Source: Candidatus Thalassarchaeum sp.
Lineage (GTDB): Archaea; Thermoplasmatota; Poseidoniia; Poseidoniales; Thalassarchaeaceae
Reading direction: 5' to 3'
Assembly (NCBI GenBank): GCA_022449345.1
Contig: JAKURL010000004.1
Span: 19,981 to 83,980 of the forward strand
DNA: 64,000 nt
Below the pieces are notes generated by a model, which saw only the letters and a list, made by a program, of their open reading frames with translations, made no database searches and was not told where the DNA came from. Below are positions 20,344 through 29,475 of the stretch, one piece after another. Position 1 is the first letter of the stretch. Every line of letters starts with the position of its first letter. The translations under genes were made by a program, and so were the position numbers.

Positions 20344-21789
20344 CTAGAGCAGTGCGGCGACTCTTTCGGGCTGGGTCAGGTAGATCAGCAGCCCCAATCC
20401 GGCGAACATCATCATCCAAGCACCAGTTGCTTTGACAATTCCAGTCGACCTACGAAGGAAACCAATCATTGCTTGACGGCCCATTCCTACTAGGCCCGTA
20501 ACTAGAACCATCAACATTGTAACCGACAGTATAAGTCCTCCAAGTCCAGCAACAAATGCCCCTTCTCCAACAACAGTTAACCATGCGACGAATGGGAATA
20601 CTGCTGCTGCTGTACAGTCTACGGAAGCCGCTGAATATCCAATTCCCCAGAGGTACATATTTCTCCGAGGAGTGAAAATCTCGTCAGTCTCTCTTGTCTG
20701 ATATTTGTCCAAAATTCGCTGAACTCCTGCCAATAGGTGGCTGGTCCAGCCTAGTAGCATTAATCCACCCAAGATAAGGAGAAGCCAAGCGATTGCAATC
20801 GCAATTTTGTGAAGAACTCCTGATAGGCTGATTACTTCACTAAGTCCGAAGATAATTATTCCAACTATACCAAAAAAGGTTAGTTGACCTAGAGCAGCAA
20901 ATCCACCTACCTCAAATGAGTTAGGCATCTTTCCACTTAATTTTCCTGATTGGCGTAATTCGTCTTCCCTCATGCCCAGACTCAGATAATAGGTTATGTA
21001 GGAAGGCAATACTGGGAAAGCACAAGGCGAGAAGTAAACCAAAATGCCAAGGAATAAACCAATGATGAAAACGCCCGATACTGAACGATCGGTCTTTTTT
21101 ATTCCAATCCTTAAATCTTCAGCCTCGCCTAAATTTGCTGACTCTATAGCATCATCAAAGGCCTTCCATCCATCTAACGGAGTCCCTGTATTTTCCTTAG
21201 CAACTACAAAGCCTTGGTGATCGATAACTAAGGCTAGCGGGATTGCCTGAGCTGAGTAATACTCTACAATATCTCCTCGACCTCCATCATCCAGCAGAAT
21301 CACATCGTTTCCTCCATTGACTATTGGCCATGGCATGTGGCGGTCGGACTCAGGGTCGCCGAAAGTTGAGTTAATTTGGTCAAATGAATCTACTTGATAC
21401 CAAGTAGCAATTGATACCACAATTATTGGATAAGGGCCTTCGAGATTTTCCCATTCGGCTAGATTTTGGTCGATGTATCCCTGAACGTAATGGCAGTTCG
21501 CACAGTCTATTGACATGAAATCAAGAATTATCACATTACCGCGAAGGCTGCTCAATTGTATTGTGCCATCTTCTGCGGTGTAAAGCTCGTCAATACCATC
21601 GCGATTCATCGATGGGGCAATCCAATCGGGGGCCTCAGTAATCTCATCCGTAGTCCCATAAATCGATGAGGTAAGTCCGAATAAAGAGAGCGAAGAATAA
21701 CCGATTATACAGAACAGAACTACCCCTATTCCGAATGCTTTCCAGGTGTCTGATTCTTTCAAGACACCAAAGTCCAAACTGGTCTGCAT
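20344..21789 (-). CDS. Thiol:disulfide oxidoreductase: a TlpA/ResA-like thioredoxin domain (CANC) fused to a CcdA/DsbD transmembrane electron-transfer domain
   Basis: 481 aa. The thioredoxin-like segment has FMSIDCANCHY. The DsbD/CcdA-type TM domain has the FSPCAFPVLPSY cysteine motif. Confidence 0.7.
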   Translation of the reverse strand: MQTSLDFGVLKESDTWKAFGIGVVLFCIIGYSSLSLFGLTSSIYGTTDEITEAPDWIAPSMNRDGIDELYTAEDGTIQLSSLRGNVIILDFMSIDCANCHYVQGYIDQNLAEWENLEGPYPIIVVSIATWYQVDSFDQINSTFGDPESDRHMPWPIVNGGNDVILLDDGGRGDIVEYYSAQAIPLALVIDHQGFVVAKENTGTPLDGWKAFDDAIESANLGEAEDLRIGIKKTDRSVSGVFIIGLFLGILVYFSPCAFPVLPSYITYYLSLGMREDELRQSGKLSGKMPNSFEVGGFAALGQLTFFGIVGIIIFGLSEVISLSGVLHKIAIAIAWLLLILGGLMLLGWTSHLLAGVQRILDKYQTRETDEIFTPRRNMYLWGIGYSAASVDCTAAAVFPFVAWLTVVGEGAFVAGLGGLILSVTMLMVLVTGLVGMGRQAMIGFLRRSTGIVKATGAWMMMFAGLGLLIYLTQPERVAALL

Positions 21790-21828
21790 GAACCTGACAA
21801 GCGCATTTGGCTTTTGATTCCGCCGTGT

Positions 21829-22542
21829 CTAAGATTTTCTTTCAATCGAATCTAGAAGTGAAGAAGCACCTATTCTGAATCGGGTTGCTCCATCTTCAAT
21901 TATTGTGGAATCTTGCTGATCAACTATACTAGTCAGCCTCTTGACATCTTCCATGTTTCTTATTCCACCGGATAATTTCACTCCGAGTTTTTCTCCGAAT
22001 GCTCGCTCATGCCGCATTAACTCATAAGCGAAAATTGCCGCTGTATCATCGCTGCATCCTCCTCTTTTGCCGGTGCAGGTTTTGATGAAGTCAGCACCTG
22101 AAGCAAGTGCCATGCGAGCCACCGCTCGCATTGGGCGTTCCTGCAATAGTGGAGTCTCTAGGATGACCTTCAGCACACACTCGCCGGAAGCCTCGCGCAT
22201 TGTGACTAGACGCTGTAAATCCTTATCATTCGGGAACTCGTTATCTTGCCTAGGTTCAAGCACGACATCTATCTCATCAACACCCGCTTCAACAGCCGAG
22301 GTGATGGCTTTTCGAATCTCATCAAGGTTTGAACTTCCAATTGGGAATCCGGCTGCGACGACTGCCAATTTAATTCTCTCATCTAATCTTTCCTTGACAA
22401 AACTCGCGTGCTCAGAAAAAACACAGATTGCTCCTACTTCCGAAGAGTTCGCCCGGGAAACAAACTCCTCCAATTCAGCCTCGCTAGCTTCGAAATCCAA
22501 CAGGGTGTAATCGAGGCATTCGATGACGGCTTTGGCATCCAA
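21829..22542 (-). CDS. deoC: Deoxyribose-phosphate aldolase
   Basis: 237 aa TIM barrel; the Schiff-base lysine context is GADFIKTCTGK. Confidence 0.75.
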   Translation of the reverse strand: MDAKAVIECLDYTLLDFEASEAELEEFVSRANSSEVGAICVFSEHASFVKERLDERIKLAVVAAGFPIGSSNLDEIRKAITSAVEAGVDEIDVVLEPRQDNEFPNDKDLQRLVTMREASGECVLKVILETPLLQERPMRAVARMALASGADFIKTCTGKRGGCSDDTAAIFAYELMRHERAFGEKLGVKLSGGIRNMEDVKRLTSIVDQQDSTIIEDGATRFRIGASSLLDSIERKS

Positions 22543-22551
22543 GTAGATTCC

Positions 22552-23700
22552 TCAGGAGTACCGCTCGCTGAAGTCGCGCATAAACTCGACTAATGCCTTG
22601 ACCGACTCAATCGGACATCCATTGTAGAGGCTAGCTCGAATGCCTCCGACCGAGCGGTGGCCCTTCAGGCCGCCTAATCCTGCTGTTTCTGCTTCGGATA
22701 GGAATACACTCTCTAACTCCTCATTCGCGCATCGCCAAGTCACGTTCATGACCGATCTAGATGATTTTTCTGCGTGGGGAATCCACATCTCGTCGCTATC
22801 CAGTTCTTCGTAGATAAGAGATGACTTTGCTCGATTTCTGGCGATTGCACCTTCAAGTCCTCCATTTTCTTCTAGCCATTTGAAAACACAATCTAGAACG
22901 AAGATTCCGAATGTGTTTGGCGTATTGAATAGTGACCCCTTTGAAGCATGAACCGTGTAATCGAGCATTGTTGGTAGCCGACCAGCATCGGAGTTCTCCT
23001 GCGCTCTAGCCAGTGCCCATGGGGAGAGAATAACCAGTGTGACCCCAGAGGGTCCGAGGTTCTTCTGTGCTCCTGCGTAGATGATATCGTGAGCCGAGAC
23101 ATCGATTGGAACTCCCGCTATATCTGAAGATGCATCAACCACTCGAGGCTTACCTCCAGAATCAGGTAAATGGTGGTACTGCGTCCCCATCAAGGTGTTG
23201 TTTGAGGTGTAGTGAAAATAGATTGAGTCCTCAGAAACAGTGTAGTCTGAGTCGCTTGGTACGGAGCGGAAGCCGTTTTCTGAATCGCTCCAAATATTGT
23301 GGGGTATACCAACTCGATTTGCTTCTCCGATAGCCTTCTTTGACCAGCCCCCCGTCTCTAAGAAATCGGCTTGTTCGTCTGGCTTTAGTAGGTTCAAGGC
23401 GGTCATGTAGAATTGCAGTGATGCACCGCCTTGCAGGAATAAAATCGTGTAATCATCAGGAACGGATAGCACTCTGCGTATTCTAGCCATTGCGCTATCC
23501 ACAACCGATTGGAAGGTGGCGCTTCGGTGACTTATCTCGCAGAGGCCAAAGCCGCTGCCGTCGAGATTTGGTAAAGCCTCCTGAACCTCTTGCATTACTG
23601 ATAGAGGAAGCACCGCCGGGCCAGCGCCGAAGTTGTGGATGCGTGACTGTCCCACGCCTTGTGGGCGTGCTTTGCGGTCTTTCAGCACTTCTGCGCTCAA
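22552..23700 (-). CDS. serC: Phosphoserine aminotransferase
   Basis: 382 aa. The N-terminus FGAGPAVLPLSVMQEVQEAL and the PLP-lysine region match SerC. Confidence 0.85.
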   Translation of the reverse strand: MSAEVLKDRKARPQGVGQSRIHNFGAGPAVLPLSVMQEVQEALPNLDGSGFGLCEISHRSATFQSVVDSAMARIRRVLSVPDDYTILFLQGGASLQFYMTALNLLKPDEQADFLETGGWSKKAIGEANRVGIPHNIWSDSENGFRSVPSDSDYTVSEDSIYFHYTSNNTLMGTQYHHLPDSGGKPRVVDASSDIAGVPIDVSAHDIIYAGAQKNLGPSGVTLVILSPWALARAQENSDAGRLPTMLDYTVHASKGSLFNTPNTFGIFVLDCVFKWLEENGGLEGAIARNRAKSSLIYEELDSDEMWIPHAEKSSRSVMNVTWRCANEELESVFLSEAETAGLGGLKGHRSVGGIRASLYNGCPIESVKALVEFMRDFSERYS

Positions 23701-23738
23701 AGGGTTGGATTGAAGCCATATGCTTCAGCCGAAGGGTC

Positions 23739-24341
23739 GTGCTTCGCATAGGCTTGGTCATGCTTCAGGGTGCTCGCCATACACACATGGCAGCACTTCA
23801 TGTGGCGGCTGAGCAATCCGGAATTGAAATCGAAATACACGAATTACGCAAAGCTGTAGACCTAGTGAATGCTCAGCCGCATGCAATTGTTTTCCCTGGA
23901 GGCGAATCTACTACCATGCGGCTTACTGGCAACGACCCTGCTTCCAGTCTACTGCCAGCCTTGTTTGACTGGATTCGTGAAGACAGTGCTCGCCCCGTGC
24001 TTGGGACCTGCGCTGGAGCAATTCTACTGTGTGATCCTCAAGACGGCGGCGACCGCCTCGTCGCCGCCGAAATCGACCGCAATGCCTACGGCCGCCAAGC
24101 CGATTCTTTCCAGAGTGCGCTGGATGCCAAAATCTTGGATCGACAATTCCCAGGTGTTTTCATTCGCGCGCCAAGATTCACCAGCGTCGGTGATTCAGTC
24201 GAGGTTGTTGTAACACATGATTCCGAAGTTGTCGGAGTCAAGCATGGAAATCGACTAGCCCTTACATTCCACCCAGAATTATCTGAAGATTCTGGATTCC
24301 ACGAATGGCTTTTGCAGACTGCGAAAGAGGTGACTGCGTGA
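23739..24341 (+). CDS. pdxT: Pyridoxal 5'-phosphate synthase glutaminase subunit PdxT (class I glutamine amidotransferase)
   Basis: It aligns along its full length with PdxT: RIGLVMLQGA, PGGESTTM, GTCAG (catalytic Cys), RNAYGRQ, GVFIRAP, FHPEL. The probable start is the GTG at 23739; the listed ORF start at 23490 would overlap serC. Confidence 0.85.
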   Translation: MLRIGLVMLQGARHTHMAALHVAAEQSGIEIEIHELRKAVDLVNAQPHAIVFPGGESTTMRLTGNDPASSLLPALFDWIREDSARPVLGTCAGAILLCDPQDGGDRLVAAEIDRNAYGRQADSFQSALDAKILDRQFPGVFIRAPRFTSVGDSVEVVVTHDSEVVGVKHGNRLALTFHPELSEDSGFHEWLLQTAKEVTA

Positions 24342-25480
24342 CATTTTCGGTTCGACTTCCAAACATCCCAGAGCTACCAGAAGCAGCCGTTGCAGACGAT
24401 ACAGAGGGTTGTATCCAATGCCAGATGGGTTCGAAACTTGTCCTTTTCATCACCGGTCACTGCCATTGGATGTGTGATTACTGTCCGCTGTCAGAAAACC
24501 GCCGTGAAATTGACTGGATGTACGCTAACGAACGCCGAGTCGAGATTGGCGATTGGCAGGCTGTAATCGAAGAGGCTCGAGCGATGAATGCAACCGGGGC
24601 TGGAATTACCGGTGGAGATCCGGTCATGGCCCGAGAGAGGGTGCTTGAGGCCTGTAAGATTCTCAAGTCTGAATTCGGTGATGGCTTCCATTTACACATG
24701 TACACAAGCATACCGTTCAAGGAAGAATGGGCCAGTGAATTTGCAGATGCTGGATTGGATGAAATCCGCTTCCACTTCCTCGATTTAGAGACTGAAAAAT
24801 ACGTCGAAACAATGGCGGCTTGCGTCGAATCTGGGATGCTAACCGGTGTTGAGATCCCATGCGAACCCGACAAGGAAGAGATGCTGATGGAATTGCTTGA
24901 GACGATGCGTGAGATGCCCGTTCAATTCTTCAATCTAAATGAGTTGGAGATTACTGTCGGAAATCATGACAATATGGAGGTCCGTGGATTCAACCTTTCA
25001 GATGAAATCACCGCAGGAGCCGCAGGTTCCGCTGAATTAGCAATTCGAATGAGAGACCGAGTAATGGCTGCTTCAATCGGTGCACCAGATCTTGAAGATG
25101 GCATTGTACGCGAACCCTACCCTTACCATCTCAAGTTCTGCACTGCGACATACAAGGATAGCGGACAGTTACGCCGCCGCTTCCTTCGCCGTGGTGAACA
25201 TACTATTTCTCCTCACGAAATCCTAACTGAGGATGGCACTCTTCTCTTCGGGGCTATTGAGTGTGGCGAGGAAGCCTCAATAGATTGGATGGAGGAAATA
25301 AACACCGAAACAGGTCTCCCTCGTAGGTTCATGTTGTATGATAATGAAAACCAGCGAATCGAACTTCCCTTGTCGATGGCTGAGGAATTGGTTGGAGAAA
25401 TCGATGCACCAATTTCTCTAGTGGAAGTGCATCCAACCCACGAGAGATTGGAGATGACCGTGGTTTACCTAAATCGTTGA
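24338..25480 (+). CDS. Radical SAM enzyme, PflA-like/COG2108-like family
   Basis: The CX3CX2C cluster motif is HCHWMCDYCP, followed by a TIM-barrel-like alpha/beta region. The GTG at 24338 overlaps the pdxT stop as GTGA. Alternative starts are 24305 or the ATG at 24425. Confidence 0.7.
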   Translation: MTFSVRLPNIPELPEAAVADDTEGCIQCQMGSKLVLFITGHCHWMCDYCPLSENRREIDWMYANERRVEIGDWQAVIEEARAMNATGAGITGGDPVMARERVLEACKILKSEFGDGFHLHMYTSIPFKEEWASEFADAGLDEIRFHFLDLETEKYVETMAACVESGMLTGVEIPCEPDKEEMLMELLETMREMPVQFFNLNELEITVGNHDNMEVRGFNLSDEITAGAAGSAELAIRMRDRVMAASIGAPDLEDGIVREPYPYHLKFCTATYKDSGQLRRRFLRRGEHTISPHEILTEDGTLLFGAIECGEEASIDWMEEINTETGLPRRFMLYDNENQRIELPLSMAEELVGEIDAPISLVEVHPTHERLEMTVVYLNR

Positions 25481-25511
25481 GTTCATTTACTCTCGAGATA
25501 AGTAGCAGGGT

Positions 25512-27353
25512 ATGCCGGTACGGACGTACAATGCCGAGGCGACTGGGGTCGACCCTTTCCGTCGCCTCTCCGCATCTCAGGTCAATCTCTGGAAGTCCTG
25601 TCCTCGGCAGTGGTATTACGCCTATGAAGTGAGATTGAAAGGTCCTATGCCGCCGCATATTATTCGCGGAAATGCGGCTGAGGAATGCATCTGTAGAGTT
25701 CTCAGGGATTCTCCATCCTTAATCACTCCAGAAGCGCCTGATACTCTCATATCGCCATTGAATGAGGACGGTGCTCCTGATTGGGAAGATGAACAAAAAT
25801 GGATGGCTGCTAGGTTGTCGGCTAGGCCGTCAGAAGATTGGCCGACAAGCCGCGAGGCATTGATGGAGTGGGCAATAGCTCGAGTTGAAGTCCACTTTGA
25901 CCGATGTTGGGATGCAGCAGTGGAGGATTGGCAGGCGACCCAAAACAGAGCCGGTTCACTGGAAGACATCGAGCCAGAAGAATGTCGAGAAATGATACTC
26001 GAAGGGATCAGAATGCACCTAGATGAAGTCGAGAAGTGCTTGGAGGCCAATGGTGGTCCTAATCTTAAATCTTGGAGGGCAGGCGAAGCTCGTGATGAAA
26101 TTCCAGCACCTGATGGTTTCCCACTACATTGGAAAACTCCTCATCCATCAGCACAGAGTCATGGTAAGATGACTTGGTGTGAGGCTTGGGAACTTGCCAG
26201 ACCTTGGTTTGTAGATCCCGATTCAAAGTCATTCAGCCAAACGACTTGCATTCCGGAAGGTTGGTTTCAAGGAGAATACGACTTGGTATATCGCTGGGAT
26301 GGTTCGATCAATATCGTTGACATCAAGGCTAGCATAGGGAAGGGCGACCGCTCATTCAGTTATATGGAACAATTACGCCTCTATGCTTGGCTCTGGTGGA
26401 AATCTCACGCACGTTCAGAGCAAGTTTCTTCTCTGGAGATTTGGTATCTCGGTACCGGCACTGTAAAGTCAATCGATCTTCCACAAATTTCAGAGCTGGA
26501 AGCATACGAATCCGAGCTTGGAGAATTGTATCAACTTCTACGAGCGGGTAATCCTCCAATCGACAAATGCCCGCCAAACCCTGCTCCTCTGAGACATTTT
26601 GACGCCGGAGGCGTTCCAGCCCAGCAGCACATCGATTCAGACCCTCTAGCACGCTGCAAGGGATGTGATTACAGAGGATTCTGTCCCAAAGGTAACCACG
26701 ACCTAGAGCTCACTGAAGAGAGGCGAATAGAACGCCTTGGTCACGCATGGCCAATCACTCCACTAGGTGAAATTGAGCCTAGAGTCGAGGCAATTGGCGA
26801 GGTGATTGGTCTATCTGGTCCAGAATTGCTTCAAGATGGTTCCATCAAGGTCCATTTCAGATTGCAAGATGGATACGACCGTGCTAAGGTACAGCCTGCA
26901 TACAATGGGGGTCCAAAGAGGATCAGCCGGTCGATTACAGAAGGAGTCCGAGTAAAGATCTCAAACGCCTTACCTAGCCTATGGAGGGGTGAATTACAAC
27001 TCAATCTCGATGCAGATTCTGAGGTTTCATTGGCGGAAGAAGATGAAATCGCCCCTGTGGTTGATGTCGAGACGAGAGTAAGCATAGTTGCCCGTGTTTG
27101 GTCGATAGATTCCTTTCCCGACGGGATTGGTAATACTAGATGGGCTGCAACCCTAGTGGATGCGACCGGTTCGGCTCAGATTGTTGCATTCAAGCAATTC
27201 ATTCCATTGAGTGCTGCAGCAGTCAAGCGCGGAGACACAATAGCAATCCTAAACGGTGAGAAAGGAGAATGGGGGGGTCGCCCTCAGGTCAAGTGTGGAC
27301 CGGGTAGCAAAGTTGTGATTGTATCCGATGCAGAGGATTCGCCTGAATTCTAA
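25512..27353 (+). CDS. Cas4/RecB-family PD-(D/E)XK nuclease with a four-Cys iron-sulfur cluster and a C-terminal OB-fold-like region
   Basis: 613 aa. The N-terminal Cys motif SASQVNLWKSCPRQWYY is Cas4/AddB-like. The nuclease motifs are YDLVYRWDGSINIVDIKAS (D..D-x-K) and MEQLRLYAWL (QxxxY). A three-Cys motif sits at CKGCDYRGFCPKG. The last 170 aa look like tandem OB folds (VARVWSIDSFPDG...QIVAFKQ). Confidence 0.7.
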   Translation: MPVRTYNAEATGVDPFRRLSASQVNLWKSCPRQWYYAYEVRLKGPMPPHIIRGNAAEECICRVLRDSPSLITPEAPDTLISPLNEDGAPDWEDEQKWMAARLSARPSEDWPTSREALMEWAIARVEVHFDRCWDAAVEDWQATQNRAGSLEDIEPEECREMILEGIRMHLDEVEKCLEANGGPNLKSWRAGEARDEIPAPDGFPLHWKTPHPSAQSHGKMTWCEAWELARPWFVDPDSKSFSQTTCIPEGWFQGEYDLVYRWDGSINIVDIKASIGKGDRSFSYMEQLRLYAWLWWKSHARSEQVSSLEIWYLGTGTVKSIDLPQISELEAYESELGELYQLLRAGNPPIDKCPPNPAPLRHFDAGGVPAQQHIDSDPLARCKGCDYRGFCPKGNHDLELTEERRIERLGHAWPITPLGEIEPRVEAIGEVIGLSGPELLQDGSIKVHFRLQDGYDRAKVQPAYNGGPKRISRSITEGVRVKISNALPSLWRGELQLNLDADSEVSLAEEDEIAPVVDVETRVSIVARVWSIDSFPDGIGNTRWAATLVDATGSAQIVAFKQFIPLSAAAVKRGDTIAILNGEKGEWGGRPQVKCGPGSKVVIVSDAEDSPEF

Positions 27354-27362
27354 CTTATTTAG

Positions 27363-27448
27363 TGGCGCCGAGAGAGGGATTTGAACCCCCGCGTCCAAGG
27401 GACAGTGGATTTCGAATCCACCGCAATACCGGGCTATGCGATCTCGGC
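27363..27448 (-). tRNA. tRNA-Ser (anticodon CGA), long variable arm, CCA encoded
   Basis: The reverse complement GCCGAGA...GGUGGAUUCGAAAUCCAC...GUCCCUUGGAC...GGGGGUUCAAAUCCCUC UCUCGGC G CCA folds as a cloverleaf with a 7-nt anticodon loop UUCGAAA. Confidence 0.85.
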
Positions 27449-27503
27449 AGCAAGCCGACCACCTGCGATTTGGTCATAAGTCTGACTCGCTCCCCTTGGG
27501 TTG

Positions 27504-27707
27504 ATGCGAATCACGGTTATTCACGACGATGACGAGCCTAGTATTGTTGAGAGTGATGAACCGATTAGCATCACTGAGGTGTTGGATAGACTAAACATCG
27601 CTAGTTCAACAGTCCTTGCTGTTCTAGGCGAAACCATTGTCCCTCATTCATCTACAATTACCGATGATATCGAGATCGAGTTAATCGTCGTCTCAAGCGG
27701 CGGTTAG
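27504..27707 (+). CDS. ThiS/MoaD-like beta-grasp sulfur-carrier/SAMP-like protein ending in Gly-Gly
   Basis: 67 aa, MRITVIHDDDE...GETIVPHSSTITDDIEIELIVVSSGG. The ...IVP...D.IE...GG pattern is the ThiS signature. Confidence 0.55.
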   Translation: MRITVIHDDDEPSIVESDEPISITEVLDRLNIASSTVLAVLGETIVPHSSTITDDIEIELIVVSSGG

Positions 27708-28430
27708 GTCTCCACGAAGGAAAACCCCGGGTTCGTGGGTCACAGGTTCCTCGCCTTTTCGTAATACTGCGGCTTTGTTACCAATTAGTTCAAAATTATC
27801 CTCTGTGCATCTGAGAAAGGATCCCTCATACAATCCAATGACTGGTGTGTTGTTGGTTTCATGGAATTCGCTAACCCTCCTTGCTCGGGTTTCTCCAAAG
27901 TGCTGTTGGAATTCTCCATCTTCGGTTTCGCGATACCAAATCCCTCCAGGATAATAATGAGGATTAATCTGGAATGGCACTATGCCAAAGGTCTCGAATG
28001 AAGGCACCATTGTAATGGCCATATCATTGGTTGTCTGCATACTAGGGCAAGCGACATTGGCTCCTGCACTAACTCCAGCGTATGGTACACCTCTTTGCAG
28101 GACAGCTTCCCTAATTGGTTCGATTAGACCCCTATCGTGCAGAGCACGGACAAGTAACCATGTATTGCCGCCGCCAACGTAGATTCCATCCATTGCTTCG
28201 ATGGCGGCTAACGGGTCTTGGCACTCGTGTAAGCCCACGAGTTCGTATCCTGCCTGTCCAGCAAATTCCTGCATCCTTTTGGTATAACCATCATAATCAT
28301 GAGAGGCGAATGGAACGAATATGACCCTCTCACATTCCAAGAAATTCTCTGTCATCAACTCCTGATAAAGCGTCCTGCGCTCATCGATTCCAATGCCGCC
28401 GCTTCCTAGCAGTACACGCATTTTGCTCAC
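27693..28430 (-). CDS. Peptidase E-like (S51) alpha-aspartyl dipeptidase
   Basis: The S51 nucleophile region is GVSAGANVACP, preceded by VGGGNTWLL. Confidence 0.65.
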   Translation of the reverse strand: MSKMRVLLGSGGIGIDERRTLYQELMTENFLECERVIFVPFASHDYDGYTKRMQEFAGQAGYELVGLHECQDPLAAIEAMDGIYVGGGNTWLLVRALHDRGLIEPIREAVLQRGVPYAGVSAGANVACPSMQTTNDMAITMVPSFETFGIVPFQINPHYYPGGIWYRETEDGEFQQHFGETRARRVSEFHETNNTPVIGLYEGSFLRCTEDNFELIGNKAAVLRKGEEPVTHEPGVFLRGDLTAA

Positions 28431-28448
28431 CTATCTTTGGATTATTCA

Positions 28449-29201
28449 TCAGACATAGAAATCATCAGCTTCGGCAGACATTCCTAGATGGTCTTCGATT
28501 GAACCGCTCACATCGATGCTCGAGAGCAATTTCCTAGCGGTTTCCTCTGTGGTGTCTAAGTCGAGGTCGAGGGGTAAACCTAGTGCCTCCTCAATCCAAC
28601 GAGCGAGGCGATCTGCCGCTCTAACATCTGCAGAAGCACCGACGGTGTCAGCCACCAAGGCCACAGCGGGAACTCCGTGAATAGGTGAGAGAGATACTAG
28701 AAGTCCCGCAACGCCAATCATACCTGCTTCTGGTTGTGATTTGCTAACCTCGATGTCATTTGCTTTGAGATTACTTCTTACCTTTGCATTAGCGCAAATT
28801 ACATGGATTGCATTTTCTTCAACTTCGGTAGCTAATCCTGCTAATACCAGAAATTGTGGAGTAGAGGTTGCCATTCCTAGAATCGTCTCTGCAACCTCGT
28901 GCTGCCCTGCTGCTGTCATAGGTTGTAGGTCTCCTCCAACAGTTACTACATACCTACCATCAGGCAACATTACCCGATGCACCAACATCGATGGCGGAAC
29001 GAGCAAGCCGTCTTTGTCTAGGGTAGAATGAGGTGGCATATCCGGGTGCAAAATTCTAGCGACAAGAGTTGAGGGGTGCTTTTCGACAAGGCCATCGACA
29101 ACCAATTTACCGACATTACCGACTCCCGGAACTGCTTCTAGTAGGGCCACGTGCTCAGGCAGTGAATCTCCAATCAACCAATGTACACCTGCGCGACTCA
29201 C
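28449..29201 (-). CDS. PAC2-family (COG1938) archaeal protein, proteasome-assembly-chaperone-like
   Basis: 250 aa. The N-terminus is LPEHVALLEAVPGVGNVGKLVVDGL. It sits in the conserved position downstream of nop10. Confidence 0.6.
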   Translation of the reverse strand: MSRAGVHWLIGDSLPEHVALLEAVPGVGNVGKLVVDGLVEKHPSTLVARILHPDMPPHSTLDKDGLLVPPSMLVHRVMLPDGRYVVTVGGDLQPMTAAGQHEVAETILGMATSTPQFLVLAGLATEVEENAIHVICANAKVRSNLKANDIEVSKSQPEAGMIGVAGLLVSLSPIHGVPAVALVADTVGASADVRAADRLARWIEEALGLPLDLDLDTTEETARKLLSSIDVSGSIEDHLGMSAEADDFYV

Positions 29202-29410
29202 TCGTCCTCCTCCTTACGAGGAGTCGGCAATGCTTCGATCCACTCATCACTTCCAGCATCCTCTCGCTGTCGACGGCGTGCTCCTTGAGCATCCTGTGGC
29301 GAGAATTTCAGGGGCACGGCGGAAGTCATCTTTCCGCCGCACTCCTTGCATTCCTCAGCAAGTCCATACTCGCCACAAACGGTACACCGCTGCAATCTCG
29401 TCCGAGCCAT
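29198..29410 (-). CDS. nop10: H/ACA ribonucleoprotein subunit Nop10
   Basis: RLQRCTVCGEYGLAEECKECGGKMTSAVPLKFSPQD is the Nop10 zinc ribbon plus linker. Its stop overlaps the PAC2 start. Confidence 0.8.
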   Translation of the reverse strand: MARTRLQRCTVCGEYGLAEECKECGGKMTSAVPLKFSPQDAQGARRRQREDAGSDEWIEALPTPRKEEDE

Positions 29411-29475
29411 CCCGATTCCTCAGAAGTCTAGCCCCTTTCAGAGGTCTTTGAAGATGTAGCATACAAATAGCGACT

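Noticed and set aside
23490-23738. Long N-terminal extension of pdxT as listed in the ORF track (start 23490)
   Set aside because: It would overlap serC on the opposite strand by about 200 nt. The PdxT homology begins at RIGLVMLQG, so the GTG at 23739 is the likely start.
27354-27500. Integrated element at tRNA-Ser, and likewise at tRNA-Val, tRNA-Glu and tRNA-Thr
   Set aside because: No integrase or recombinase gene and no direct repeat of a tRNA 3' end were seen nearby. The flanking genes are chromosomal housekeeping types. Adjacency to the nuclease operon is noted, but there is no evidence of a mobile island.
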